From positions 397 to 64,396 of the forward strand of contig CALRDV010000002.1 of the NCBI GenBank assembly GCA_943355005.1: 64,000 bases of DNA. The letters are read 5' to 3'. Positions 27,415 to 37,856 of the stretch are shown one piece after another. This DNA comes from Patescibacteria group bacterium. GTDB lineage: Bacteria; Patescibacteriota; Microgenomatia; UBA1400; MFAQ01. A program made the position numbers and the translations under genes. Position 1 is the stretch's first letter. Each line of letters begins with the position of its first letter. The notes under the pieces were generated by a model. That model ran no database searches and had not been told where the DNA came from. It saw only the letters and a program-made list of their open reading frames with translations.

Positions 27415-28479
27415 TTAATAATTAAAGTCACCCATATAGATTATCTCGTCCGCTAATTCTACTCCTACAGTTTCTCTAGCCCGCTTTACTATCTCATTTC
27501 TCACGGCCAAGTAATCCTTTGCGGTCGCCGCACCAGTATTAACGATAAAGTTATGGTGTTCAGAGCTTATCATCGCTCCACCCACGTTGAAGCCTGTCAT
27601 ATTTAGAATATGCTCTACTATATATCCGGTGGCAGTCGTCGGATATCCAAGTATCTCTTTCGCCGATTCGGAAATATTTTTAAACACACACCCGGCCGAG
27701 TTTACCGGCTGGCATGACTTTCTTTTTCGCCACTCCTCTGCCACATATCTAGCCCTGTCTAAGTCTCCCTTCTTTAAAGACAAAACCACTTCCAAGACTA
27801 TCTCTCCGGTTTTTTGTATTCTCGATTTATCATATTCAAATCTCATACTCTTGGCGGGAATTTTCAAAACATCTCCTTGCTTGGTAAGAACCACTACACT
27901 GGAGACTATTTCTGAGAATACATGGCTTCCTCCGTGAATATTATTAAATACAGCCCCTCCCAAGGTACCGGGGATTCGGCTATACCACTGCAATCCGGAT
28001 ACTCCGATATCAAACATTTGCATCATGGCCACCTGAAGATTTACCCCACTATCTATTGCCACCTCAATATCCGGATATTCACTTTCGTCATAATTTAAAT
28101 CACCAAAGTCATACTTCATTGTTCCTTCCTTTGCCGCCATCCACCTCGCCTCCCCAACGACTTCGTCATTGCGAGCGTACTCGCGTGGCAATCTACCTGC
28201 ATCAGACTTTATTTCTATTTTTCCCCCTTTATTTTTTATCACCAATCCTCGAATTCCCAAGTCACTTACCAGAACATTACTTCCTCCACCTATTACTGTC
28301 ACCGGCACTCCGAATGTTCTAGCCAGTCTGACCGCTTTAATTAATTCTCCTGAATTGGTGGATTCGTAAAAATAATCGGCCGGCCCTCCGATTCTAAGGG
28401 TTGTGTGAGAAGACAAGGGCTCGTTCAGTCTCACCCTTTCCTCACCCAAGCTCTTGATTAGTCCGTCTACATTACTCAA
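27415..28479 (-). CDS. murB: UDP-N-acetylenolpyruvoylglucosamine reductase with an in-frame type-B repeat insertion (peptide GRLPREYARNDEVVGE).
   Basis: FAD-binding TLRIGGPADYFYE; C-terminal MurB domain; ORF continuous through repeat 28165-28198. Confidence 0.85.
   Translation of the reverse strand: MSNVDGLIKSLGEERVRLNEPLSSHTTLRIGGPADYFYESTNSGELIKAVRLARTFGVPVTVIGGGSNVLVSDLGIRGLVIKNKGGKIEIKSDAGRLPREYARNDEVVGEARWMAAKEGTMKYDFGDLNYDESEYPDIEVAIDSGVNLQVAMMQMFDIGVSGLQWYSRIPGTLGGAVFNNIHGGSHVFSEIVSSVVVLTKQGDVLKIPAKSMRFEYDKSRIQKTGEIVLEVVLSLKKGDLDRARYVAEEWRKRKSCQPVNSAGCVFKNISESAKEILGYPTTATGYIVEHILNMTGFNVGGAMISSEHHNFIVNTGAATAKDYLAVRNEIVKRARETVGVELADEIIYMGDFNY
28165..28198. repeat. Type-B variant inside murB (GTCATTGCGAGCGTACTCGCGTGGCAATCTACC).
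   Basis: Family termini; in frame. Confidence 0.8.
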
Positions 28480-28493
28480 GCAATCTTATTCTA

Positions 28494-30311
28494 TCAAACC
28501 ACAAGGCATGCCGCATATCTTTTCTTCAGTTCTTCTTCAATTCTCTTCTTTCCTTTATAGTCAACTCTAATCAAAACTCTGATAATAAAACTGTTTTTAT
28601 CATCAACTTTTTCAGAATTACTTCGAACGTCTCCGCCATTTTTACTTATTACAGACATTACGTCTTTTGAAATTCCAATTTTGTTCTCCCCGGTAATAAG
28701 CACTGTCGTATACATTCCAATCAAAACCCCCACCTCATCTAACTTATTTTTTATAAGTTCCAAATCAAATCCATATGCAACTTTATAATATAAATCAGAC
28801 AAACCATCCCAGCACCCCAAGCTCATCAAAAGTCTGTCTATAAGCTGAGTATCCAAGTCTCCCAAATTTAATACACCTCTTTCGCTCAAAACTTTTTCTA
28901 TCAAAATGGTTTTCCCTTTTTGTACCTCTACTTCCTTCTCAGAAAGAGCCAGCTGCCTTTCCATCATTTTTCTTGTTTCATTATTACAAAAGCTTAGCCA
29001 GTGAGCATCCGGCACTGTTTGCTGAATATCAACTACAATTTCAACAGAACTTCCAAAGGGAACCACTACATCCAAACTCATTAACTGACCATCAATTTTA
29101 ATCCCAACAGCTCTCAATCCCAGTAGAGGATTTAGTTTGTACGCTACGTCGATACCTGTGTCAGTCGGTTTCATGAACACCAATTCTTTCTTAGGGGTGA
29201 AAATAAGTTTTCGAACATATTTTTCCGGATTCTGTAGTAAATCAATTTTGTTAATACTGGCCACTCCCCAGCTATTAAAGTTTTCTTTCTTTATAGTTGT
29301 AAAACACATCTCTACATTTCCTTCATCAAATTTATAGGTATCGTGAAGTGCAGAATATCCGTTCACCGCAGGGACACCAAGATAATCATCATGTCTTCTC
29401 TTCTCAATCAAATTACCATATTTCATTCTAATAACTCCCATTGCCTTATAGCAGTTAGACAGATCTTCACTATCGACCAAGACCCTGAAACTGATTACAT
29501 CTGTAATCGCTGAAAAATTACTGGACCAAGTATTTGCCTTCATCGCCAGCTTCTTCTGCTTATTCATTATTTCCCAATAACCCCCAACTTGATGCTCCAC
29601 AATAGCGTCTATTCCGTATTTTGATAGTTCAGTTTTTATCTCCTGCTGAGTACGAAAAATAAACTCCGCGTTTAATCTCGGATCAGAGTCAATCGCTCTA
29701 CGCACTTGCCAATATTTTGCAGGTTCGACATACTGAAACGACAAATCCTCAAGAATATTTTTAACTTGCCACAAGCCAAACGATTCCGCCAAAGGAGCAT
29801 GAAATCGTAAGGTTTCCGCTGAGTTCTTCTTTTGACTCTCTGGTTTCATCCCTTCTTGCTCAAGCATGTTATGCAGTCTGTCAGCAAGTTTAATCAATGC
29901 TACGCCTGGCTCAATTATTGTTAAATTGGTAATTTTTCTAAGACTTGCAAACTCATCCCCACTCCCCTCCGCGTTCTTTAGTTTTGTCGCGCCATCCACT
30001 AGCCTTGCAACTCTTTCTCCAAACAGCTCAAGAATCATCTCAATATTAATTAAGTCTGGATGATCCTCCAAAGTGTCATGCAGTAGCCCGCCAATTACCT
30101 CATCCTCATCGGCTCCCCAACTCGACAAAATACTTGCCACAGCTACGACATGATAAACATAAGGCTCTCCACTAACTTTTCTTTTATCATCTTTATGAAT
30201 TTCTATCGCCAGTTCCAAAGCACAATTGACCCTCTCACTCAAATTCTCCCCAAACTCTTCCGGACGAGATTCATACCTGATTTTAGGTCTTAAGACAAAC
30301 TCACTCTCCAT
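28494..30311 (-). CDS. rel: Bifunctional (p)ppGpp synthetase/hydrolase, RelA/SpoT family (HD, synthetase, TGS and ACT regions).
   Basis: HD motif HVVAVASIL…LHDTLED; TGS-like VFMKPTDTGIDVAY…; 605 aa. Confidence 0.8.
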   Translation of the reverse strand: MESEFVLRPKIRYESRPEEFGENLSERVNCALELAIEIHKDDKRKVSGEPYVYHVVAVASILSSWGADEDEVIGGLLHDTLEDHPDLINIEMILELFGERVARLVDGATKLKNAEGSGDEFASLRKITNLTIIEPGVALIKLADRLHNMLEQEGMKPESQKKNSAETLRFHAPLAESFGLWQVKNILEDLSFQYVEPAKYWQVRRAIDSDPRLNAEFIFRTQQEIKTELSKYGIDAIVEHQVGGYWEIMNKQKKLAMKANTWSSNFSAITDVISFRVLVDSEDLSNCYKAMGVIRMKYGNLIEKRRHDDYLGVPAVNGYSALHDTYKFDEGNVEMCFTTIKKENFNSWGVASINKIDLLQNPEKYVRKLIFTPKKELVFMKPTDTGIDVAYKLNPLLGLRAVGIKIDGQLMSLDVVVPFGSSVEIVVDIQQTVPDAHWLSFCNNETRKMMERQLALSEKEVEVQKGKTILIEKVLSERGVLNLGDLDTQLIDRLLMSLGCWDGLSDLYYKVAYGFDLELIKNKLDEVGVLIGMYTTVLITGENKIGISKDVMSVISKNGGDVRSNSEKVDDKNSFIIRVLIRVDYKGKKRIEEELKKRYAACLVV

Positions 30312-30384
30312 GTCCAGATTTTACTCCTTTAACTTACAGCTGGATACCGCCTAACGAGCCTAAGAGACTGCTATAATCATACCC

Positions 30385-31695
30385 ATGGAACGAACACATA
30401 TTAAAGACGTCCGAGATCATCTTGGACAAGTCACTATCTCGGGATTTGCTCAAACAATAAGAAAACAGGGCGGTATCGCATTTGTGATCTTAAGAGACAT
30501 TACCGGTATCATTCAAACCGTTATTTTAAAGTCCAATACGGAAGCTTTTGAAATAATCCAAAACCTTTCACTCGAATCTGTAATCACCATCAGCGGTGAA
30601 GCAAAAACAAATGCTCAAGCCCCTGGAGGCATTGAAGTCTTAGTCGAGAGTATCGAGGTTCTTTCCAAAGCTGAACCCGAACTTCCCATCCCTGTTGATG
30701 AAAAAGGCGAAGGCGAAACCAATTTAGATACCAGAATGGATTGGCGATATCTTGATATTAGAAAACCGAAAAACGCTCTCGCTCTTAAGATTTGGACCAC
30801 TTTGGAAAATGCTTTTATCCAATTTTGTATCGAAAACGGCTTTATCGAAATTCACTCCCCCAAAACCGTCATCACCTCTACCGAATCCGGATCAGAGCTA
30901 TTTGAAATCAAATACTTTGATACCAAGGCTTTCTTGGCTCAATCTCCTCAATTCTACAAACAAATGGCCATGGCTGCCGGGTTGGAAAAAGTCTTCGAAA
31001 TCGGTCCTGTTTTTAGAGCCAATCCATCTTTTACCTCCCGTCACGATACGGAATTTACCATGTATGACATCGAAATGTCTTACATCAAGTCCCACCACGA
31101 ATTGATGGCTTTTGAAGAAAAAATGATGCATAGAATTCTCTCAGATATCAAAGATTTATATGGAGAAGAAATAAAGCAAGTTTTTGACCAAGAAGTTATT
31201 GTCCCCACACTTCCCTTCCCAAAAATTTCTTTTACAGAGGCCAAAAAAATTCTAGCCGAATTAAATATTCCAAACGAAAAGAAGGACGATTTAAGTCCGG
31301 AAGAAGAAAAAGCCATTGCCAAGTATTTTAAAGATAAGGATGATCACGATTTTGTATTTGTCTATGAATATCCTGCTTCCGGCCGAGCCTTCTATAGCAT
31401 GAGAGATGAAAACAATACTACTATCTCCAAGAGTTTCGATTTACTTTACAAAGGTTTAGAGATCACAAGTGGCGCTCAAAGAGAACACCGTTACGACGTT
31501 CTCAAAAAACAGATTGAAGATAAAGGTTTTGATTTAGTTGCCTTCGAAAGCTATCTCAACTTCTTCAAATACGGCTGTCCTCCTCACGGAGGTTTTGCTC
31601 CAGGTCCGTCCAGACTTTTAATGAAGATTCTTGGTCTCACCAACGTCCGCGAAGTTACTTTCGTTTACCGAGGTGTCAAACGTCTCACCCCATAA
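30385..31695 (+). CDS. aspS: Aspartyl-tRNA synthetase, short archaeal/eukaryal-type (436 aa). Apparently leaderless: TGcTATAAT at 30368-30376 sits 8 nt before the ATG.
   Basis: Class II motifs (…FRAE…, …GGFAPGPSRLLM…), N-terminal OB anticodon-binding domain. Confidence 0.85.
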   Translation: MERTHIKDVRDHLGQVTISGFAQTIRKQGGIAFVILRDITGIIQTVILKSNTEAFEIIQNLSLESVITISGEAKTNAQAPGGIEVLVESIEVLSKAEPELPIPVDEKGEGETNLDTRMDWRYLDIRKPKNALALKIWTTLENAFIQFCIENGFIEIHSPKTVITSTESGSELFEIKYFDTKAFLAQSPQFYKQMAMAAGLEKVFEIGPVFRANPSFTSRHDTEFTMYDIEMSYIKSHHELMAFEEKMMHRILSDIKDLYGEEIKQVFDQEVIVPTLPFPKISFTEAKKILAELNIPNEKKDDLSPEEEKAIAKYFKDKDDHDFVFVYEYPASGRAFYSMRDENNTTISKSFDLLYKGLEITSGAQREHRYDVLKKQIEDKGFDLVAFESYLNFFKYGCPPHGGFAPGPSRLLMKILGLTNVREVTFVYRGVKRLTP

Positions 31696-31711
31696 ACTTA
31701 CACCAACCTAT

Positions 31712-31737
31712 GTCATTCCTGGCTTGACCAGGAATCC
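31712..31737. repeat. Type-A element between aspS and glyQS.
   Basis: GTCATTCCTGGCTTGACCAGGAATCC. Confidence 0.85.
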
Positions 31738-31760
31738 ATTCAATAAATACTACTAAAAAA

Positions 31761-33143
31761 ATGCCAGACAAAACCAAAGAAGCCACACTCGAAAAAATTA
31801 TTTCACTCGCCAAACGTCGAGGTTTCATTTTCCCCGGCTCCGAGATCTATGGGGGTCTGGCGAATACTTACGACTTCGGTCCCTTAGGTACAGAGCTCAA
31901 GCGCAATCTCATTAACCACTGGTGGAAAACTTTCGTCACCGATCGCTCCGACATGTACGGTTTAGACACTTCAGTCCTTATGAGTCCCAAAGTCTGGGAA
32001 GCTTCGGGTCACACCGCTAATTTTACCAATGTCATGATCGACTGTCTCACTTGTCACTACCGCACCCGAGCCGATCACCTAATTGAAGACAATGTCGAAG
32101 GTCTTGGCAATGTCGAAGGTAAACCCCTGGAAGAGCTGGATAAAATTATTGGAGATAACAATATCAAATGTCCCAAATGTGGCAACAAAACCTGGACCAA
32201 GACCAGAAACTTTAATCAGTTATTCGAAACCCAAATCGGTATTATCACCGAAGGCAAATCTACTGCATATCTTCGCGGTGAACTCGCTCAGGGCATGTTT
32301 GTCGACTTCAAACAAGTTCTTGATTCCATTCACCCCAAACTTCCTTTTGGTTTAGCACAGTCAGGCAAAGCTTTCCGCAATGAGATCACTATGGGAAAGT
32401 TCACTTTCAGGACTTTGGAATTCGACCTCGCCGAATTCGAATACTTCACCAAGCCGGAAGATTGGGAAAAACATTTCGAGTACTGGAAAAAAGAAATGTA
32501 CGACTTTGCTTTATCCCTTGGTATCCCGGCCGAGAAACTTCGCTGGAGATCTCACACCAAAGAAGAGCTCAGTCACTACAGTTCCCGCACCGAAGATTTG
32601 GAGTACGAATTCCCTTGGGGTTTCAAAGAAATGTTTGGTCTCGCCTATCGCACCGATTTCGATTTGAAGAATCATATCGAAAAATCCGGAGTCGATCTTC
32701 GTTATACCGATCCTTACACCCAAGAGAAATTTATTCCCCACGTCATCGAACCCACTTTTGGTCTTTCGCGAGTTCTTACCATCATCATGATGAACGCCTA
32801 TTACGAAGACGCCGAAAAGAATCGTGTCGTCATGAAATTTCCCAAAATTCTTGCCCCCCATCAAGTCGCAGTGTTCCCTCTTGTGGGCAACAAAGAAGAA
32901 ATTGGTAATAAAGCTAAAGAAGTTTACGGACTTCTCAAAAAATCTTTCCGCACTGCGCTGGACGAAAGAGGCAACATCGGTAAGAGATACTTTACTCAAG
33001 ATGAGATTGGTACCCCTTTCTGTGTCACCATCGACTTCGATACTTTAGAGGACAACACCGTCACCGTCCGAGGCCGGGATACTATGACTCAAGAAAGAGT
33101 TAATATCTCCGACCTCGCCGATTATCTTCAAAAGAATCTTTAG
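31761..33143 (+). CDS. glyQS: Glycyl-tRNA synthetase, dimeric alpha2 archaeal/eukaryal-type.
   Basis: N-terminal …RRGFIFPGSEIYGGLANTYDFGPLG…; class II core; 460 aa. Confidence 0.85.
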   Translation: MPDKTKEATLEKIISLAKRRGFIFPGSEIYGGLANTYDFGPLGTELKRNLINHWWKTFVTDRSDMYGLDTSVLMSPKVWEASGHTANFTNVMIDCLTCHYRTRADHLIEDNVEGLGNVEGKPLEELDKIIGDNNIKCPKCGNKTWTKTRNFNQLFETQIGIITEGKSTAYLRGELAQGMFVDFKQVLDSIHPKLPFGLAQSGKAFRNEITMGKFTFRTLEFDLAEFEYFTKPEDWEKHFEYWKKEMYDFALSLGIPAEKLRWRSHTKEELSHYSSRTEDLEYEFPWGFKEMFGLAYRTDFDLKNHIEKSGVDLRYTDPYTQEKFIPHVIEPTFGLSRVLTIIMMNAYYEDAEKNRVVMKFPKILAPHQVAVFPLVGNKEEIGNKAKEVYGLLKKSFRTALDERGNIGKRYFTQDEIGTPFCVTIDFDTLEDNTVTVRGRDTMTQERVNISDLADYLQKNL

Positions 33144-34327
33144 AAGTTGTCCTTTTTCTTGAGGATCTGATCAAAAAAACGGAATGTCTTTTCTAAGGAC
33201 TCTGTTTTGATAAATTCCTTTGAACCGTGTGCAGTATTTCCTTCACCACCTCCAAACACAAGCGAAGTTGGTTTTCCCATTGCCTCCCATGCCATCTGAA
33301 GATCAAAATATCCGCTTTTACTTGAGTCTGCATATTCCGCAGTACCGACAATATCCAACGAAATATCCTCAAATTTTTTCAAAGAATTTTTATCTGTATC
33401 CCATGCGCCAAGGTCATGCGTTACCTGAACAATCTCAGGTTGAAATTCAATAGACCGATAAAATTCTTCCAAGACAGCAACTACAGTTCCGGCATTTATT
33501 TCCGGAGATACCGGTCTGATATCAATCACCATTTCTGCGATATCCGGGATCACATTTCCCGCTTGTCCCACCACAGATAACTTATTATTTACAAAAGATT
33601 TTTCTCCCTGATTGGCTCCACCTTGCAAATACGCCAAATTAATCGATGAAGTATTATCACCTTCATCCATGTCCTTGAGGTAATTTTTGACTTCCAAAAA
33701 CCCTTCAATAGCCCCTGTTATCACGTTTAATCCGGTACTTCTGGCAGCATGTCCGGATCTGCCTTTTAAACGCACCCTAAGCTCAATTAGACCACGACAA
33801 CTATTTTTGATTTGTAAATCATTACCATCAGCCGAAATTAAATATTTTGGTTTAATATCCGTGTACTTCTTCACGAAATTTTTCATCCCAAGGAAATAAT
33901 ATTCTTCATCGGCATACAGACAGATCCAATAATTATTGGCTAAAGTATTATTTTTTGCCATCATCATTAGTGAGGCAATTCCGGACTTCATATCCGTCGC
34001 TCCTCTGCCGTAAATTTTGTTGTCAATTTCCATACCGGTTAGTTGATTAATTTCTGCATTTATGGATGGTGCAACAGTATCCGTGTGGCCAACAAACAAA
34101 ATATCGGGTTCACCATTCTTGCAGATCAGATTCATTCGCCCACCGGACAACATCTGTTTTTCCACCACCAAATTAGTGTTACAGTTCATCCAGTCACCAA
34201 TAAAATCCACCAACAGATTTTCATTTTGCTTACCTGGATCCCCTTGGTAGTCCACCCACGAGGGAATGTTAATTAGATCAATGAGAAGTTTATTTAATTC
34301 TTTCATTTTATTTGTCCTTTCTTTCAA
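33140..34327 (-). CDS. M20-family metallopeptidase/deacylase (ArgE/DapE-like).
   Basis: …FVGHTDTV…, …GRGATDMKSG… motifs. Confidence 0.7.
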   Translation of the reverse strand: MKERTNKMKELNKLLIDLINIPSWVDYQGDPGKQNENLLVDFIGDWMNCNTNLVVEKQMLSGGRMNLICKNGEPDILFVGHTDTVAPSINAEINQLTGMEIDNKIYGRGATDMKSGIASLMMMAKNNTLANNYWICLYADEEYYFLGMKNFVKKYTDIKPKYLISADGNDLQIKNSCRGLIELRVRLKGRSGHAARSTGLNVITGAIEGFLEVKNYLKDMDEGDNTSSINLAYLQGGANQGEKSFVNNKLSVVGQAGNVIPDIAEMVIDIRPVSPEINAGTVVAVLEEFYRSIEFQPEIVQVTHDLGAWDTDKNSLKKFEDISLDIVGTAEYADSSKSGYFDLQMAWEAMGKPTSLVFGGGEGNTAHGSKEFIKTESLEKTFRFFDQILKKKDNF

Positions 34328-35183
34328 TAATTCTTGATGTTTCTACAGCAAACAAAGCTTTATCGGTGTTCGCCGGATCAAAAGCAACGATTTCCATCCC
34401 TCTTTTCAGATAGTTGCCAAAGTATTGAGAAGGTGAAGTTTTAATAGTTCTTCCGACTATTACTTTAGCGCCAAGCATGTTTAATCTGTCTAATCTTAAG
34501 TCAAACAGTTTACTTCCAATACCTTTTCCCCGTGTATTCTCGGCCACGGCAAAGTCCAGAAAAACCCCATACCTATTTTCTCCATAGATATCCATTAAAA
34601 CTTCGGATAAACTCATCCCCACCATATCTCCGCTAGTTAGAACTAATTCCTTATACGGAAACCTTTTGTCGGCCTGGAAAACATCACCCACCGAATACGC
34701 CGCAAAGCCTGAGCACTCCCCCGAGACATTACTTACAATTGCTATCTCTCCTCCATAACCCCCTTCCTCTCTAGGCAAAACAAACTTTGATAGCTCCTCA
34801 CCCGCACTTTCACTGGTCCAATAAGGAACCAATTCTTGGCCGTCTATATCCTGCAACATACCCATTGCTGCCATACTCCATAACATATATGGCCAATTGG
34901 GGTTGCTATAGTCCACACCGTTAAATTCTAATATTTTCTTCGTCTCCTGATAAATCCTCCCGTCATTATCATAAGTTCCGAATTGGACAGGCTTGTCAGT
35001 CCGTTTAAGGAGCTCTTTCCAAGATCCTGCCCAATAGCTGGTAGCGTAACTGCGGATAAGGTCTTGAAATTTATCCATTTCCAAAATTTCTTGTCCAAAA
35101 AACTCCACCATAAAGACCTCACCAGTCTCAATTTCTATGGTATTTTTTTGCTTACTTAATTGTTCGATATTATTTTCTTTCAT
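34308..35183 (-). CDS. Protein with C-terminal GNAT N-acetyltransferase domain.
   Basis: Acetyl-CoA binding loop …NTRGKGIGSKL…. Confidence 0.6.
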   Translation of the reverse strand: MKENNIEQLSKQKNTIEIETGEVFMVEFFGQEILEMDKFQDLIRSYATSYWAGSWKELLKRTDKPVQFGTYDNDGRIYQETKKILEFNGVDYSNPNWPYMLWSMAAMGMLQDIDGQELVPYWTSESAGEELSKFVLPREEGGYGGEIAIVSNVSGECSGFAAYSVGDVFQADKRFPYKELVLTSGDMVGMSLSEVLMDIYGENRYGVFLDFAVAENTRGKGIGSKLFDLRLDRLNMLGAKVIVGRTIKTSPSQYFGNYLKRGMEIVAFDPANTDKALFAVETSRIIERKDK

Positions 35184-35308
35184 TTTTTAATAATATTTAT
35201 TAATACAAAAAGACCCCCTGGGCGGAGGTCATATTTGCATTAATTTACGCAATAATCACCTCCGCCAATTATGGGAAAGATGATGCAAATTAATTAGAAT
35301 AATATTTC

Positions 35309-36517
35309 TCATTTTGCTTTAAGTTTTTTAATCGCGTCCGCGACAAAGACAGTTTCTTGTTCTCCGGACTTCATATTCTTTATGGAAACTTTTTTGGCCT
35401 GAACCTCATCTGCACCAATAATTGCCACATAAGGAATCCCCTTCTTATTCGCATACTTTAGTTGCTTATCCATTTTTGAATCATCTGGATACAGCTCGGT
35501 ATTTATTCCTGCAGCCCTGAAAGCTTGTGCTGTCTCCATGGCTATTACTTTCTGATCGGTGGAAAAGGCAACTACCAATACATTAGTTTTAGTCTTGGTC
35601 GTTGGTATAAGTCCCAGCATATCAGCGGCTTCCACGGTTCTATCAAAACCCATTCCAATTCCGGTTGCTGGTATTTTCAAGCCTGTTAGTCTCTCCATTA
35701 AACCATCATATCTTTCACCACCTCCGACAGAGCCGGCAGTATAGTCCTCTATCACCATTTCCCAGATTGGTCCTTGAGAATACGAAAAGGACCTAGCTAA
35801 TGTCGGTTCAAACCTGTAATACTCTTTGCCAAATCCTGATTTCTCTAAATAAGAAATTATTGTATTGATGGACTCATCCGGTTTTATGTTTAGGACTTGT
35901 TCAAAATACTTTTCGGCTTGGACTTTTCCTATCCCCTTATTAATCATATCCTGTATGACTCCGTCTCTACCGATTTTTTTTAGCTTATCGATTGCCACCA
36001 CTGCTTCATATGGTATCCCTTTCATCAAGTCACGACTGTTTAACATTACGACTGGCTTTTTAAAACCCAAACTTATATAAGTATCCAAATTTTCCGCCAT
36101 TACTTCAGCGTCAGCCGTAGGCGAGGCAACACCAAAAATATCAATATCAAACTGTGTCGGCTCACGGTAACGCCCCTTTTGAGGATTTTCAGCCCGGAAT
36201 ACCGACTGACACTGATAACGCCTGAAGGGCATTGTCAACGAGTTCAGATTATTTGCCACAAAACGACAAGTCGGCACAGTTTGGTCATACCGGAGCATGA
36301 CCTCACGCCCACCATTATCTATAAATTTATAGAAAAGCTTTTCATCTTCTCCGACCTCACCTTGAAAAAGTGAGAAAGATTCAAGTGTTGGAGTTTCAAT
36401 TGGTTCATATCCCCACCGCTCCGCCACCTCAACCATCTTGCTTTTAACCCACTGGCGCTTCCTAGCCTCTTCAGGCATAAAATCTCGAAACCCCTTTAAT
36501 GTTTGTATGTTGTTCAT
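35309..36517 (-). CDS. hisS: Histidyl-tRNA synthetase.
   Basis: …GFRDFMPEEA…, class II core plus C-terminal anticodon-binding domain; 402 aa. Confidence 0.85.
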   Translation of the reverse strand: MNNIQTLKGFRDFMPEEARKRQWVKSKMVEVAERWGYEPIETPTLESFSLFQGEVGEDEKLFYKFIDNGGREVMLRYDQTVPTCRFVANNLNSLTMPFRRYQCQSVFRAENPQKGRYREPTQFDIDIFGVASPTADAEVMAENLDTYISLGFKKPVVMLNSRDLMKGIPYEAVVAIDKLKKIGRDGVIQDMINKGIGKVQAEKYFEQVLNIKPDESINTIISYLEKSGFGKEYYRFEPTLARSFSYSQGPIWEMVIEDYTAGSVGGGERYDGLMERLTGLKIPATGIGMGFDRTVEAADMLGLIPTTKTKTNVLVVAFSTDQKVIAMETAQAFRAAGINTELYPDDSKMDKQLKYANKKGIPYVAIIGADEVQAKKVSIKNMKSGEQETVFVADAIKKLKAK

Positions 36518-36551
36518 AATCTTTATATTAATAATACCTCCTTACCCCCCA

Positions 36552-36582
36552 AAAACGAAAAATCCCGCCTGAGCGGGTTTGT
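36552..36582 (-). terminator. Terminator hairpin (minus-strand sense AACCCGCTCAGGCGGGATTTTTCGTTTTT) after gene 36714..37856.
   Basis: GC hairpin plus T-rich tract. Confidence 0.55.
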
Positions 36583-36713
36583 GACGTTTAGTTGAATAAG
36601 TACGTTAAACCAGCCCAAGTGAATGGAAAGTATGGCTACGATGAGACTTAAGTGTCACCTTATTCATAGGAGTATTCTATCATAACTGTCAAATTAGCCT
36701 CGAATTGGAAATT

Positions 36714-37856
36714 CTAAGCCACCAGTTCCAAATATTTTTCAATCGCGATAGAAAGTATCTCCAAACTTTCAACATCCACCCACTCGCCATTTTTTGCATG
36801 ATGACTTCCGGAGACTGCGGAAGTCGCCAATACTTTAGATCCATATTTATAAAAATGCCTTCCGTCAGTTGCACCATGCATGTTTAAGAAGCCTACTTCT
36901 TTTTTTAATACTTCTTCAATGGTTTTTTTCCATAGTACGACCTGATCATCATCTCGATCGGTTAGACATCCTTCACCCATGCCATGACTAATTTTCTCAC
37001 CCTCTCTCTTATTAGTCTCAGTTACTATCGTGCATTCATTATCCTCACACAGTTTTGTAAAGTCTGCGATACCTTCCTCGAAACTGAAATCTTCTAATGG
37101 CCATCTCCAGCTAAACCAAGCATCCACATCGGATGGAATTGAATTCTCTGAATTTGCACCGGTTTTAATTACAGTCAACTCGAACGTTGAATGCCAATCA
37201 TTATCTTTAGTGGCAACTGAGTACTTTTTTCTCATTTCTGAATATACGTTCAAAAGTCTATTTACCGGATTCTCTATTTCAAAAGCTCTCGATGCGTGCC
37301 CACCAACTCCACTTGCCCGAACATGAAAATGGTGCGGTGCTTTCTGAGACTCGACAATATCAAAGTCATAAGTACCGTCAGGAACAAATACCAACTCAGC
37401 TCTTAACCCTTGCTCCAGAACAAATCTTGCACCATTAAAACCACCAACCTCCTCATCTCCGGTCAACAGTAGTCCCACACTCCCATCTCCACCTTTTTCA
37501 ATGTAACTTCTCAGTGATACCATCATTGCTACATCATGTCCTTTCATATCTCCTGATCCACGGCCGAATATTTTCCCGTCTTCAAGTCTTGAAACAAATT
37601 GGTCTTCGTCGGCATCAACTACATCTATATGACCACTCAACAAAATTCTTACAGGACCACCTTCATTCGTCTCATTTATCCATAGTCTGGAAAATACTCC
37701 ATTTTTTTCAAAATCAACTACTTTTAAACCAAGTCCATCCAAATAACTACTCACCAGATCAAGTGCCGCTAAAACCTCCTTTTGATTTTTTGACTCAGAT
37801 GGTATTGAGACCAATTCTGAAGTCAATTTAACGATTAAGTCTCTTTTTTCTGTCAT
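36714..37856 (-). CDS. M20-family metallopeptidase/deacylase (second copy, ArgE/DapE-like).
   Basis: …LSGHIDVV…, …GRGSGDMKG… motifs. Confidence 0.7.
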   Translation of the reverse strand: MTEKRDLIVKLTSELVSIPSESKNQKEVLAALDLVSSYLDGLGLKVVDFEKNGVFSRLWINETNEGGPVRILLSGHIDVVDADEDQFVSRLEDGKIFGRGSGDMKGHDVAMMVSLRSYIEKGGDGSVGLLLTGDEEVGGFNGARFVLEQGLRAELVFVPDGTYDFDIVESQKAPHHFHVRASGVGGHASRAFEIENPVNRLLNVYSEMRKKYSVATKDNDWHSTFELTVIKTGANSENSIPSDVDAWFSWRWPLEDFSFEEGIADFTKLCEDNECTIVTETNKREGEKISHGMGEGCLTDRDDDQVVLWKKTIEEVLKKEVGFLNMHGATDGRHFYKYGSKVLATSAVSGSHHAKNGEWVDVESLEILSIAIEKYLELVA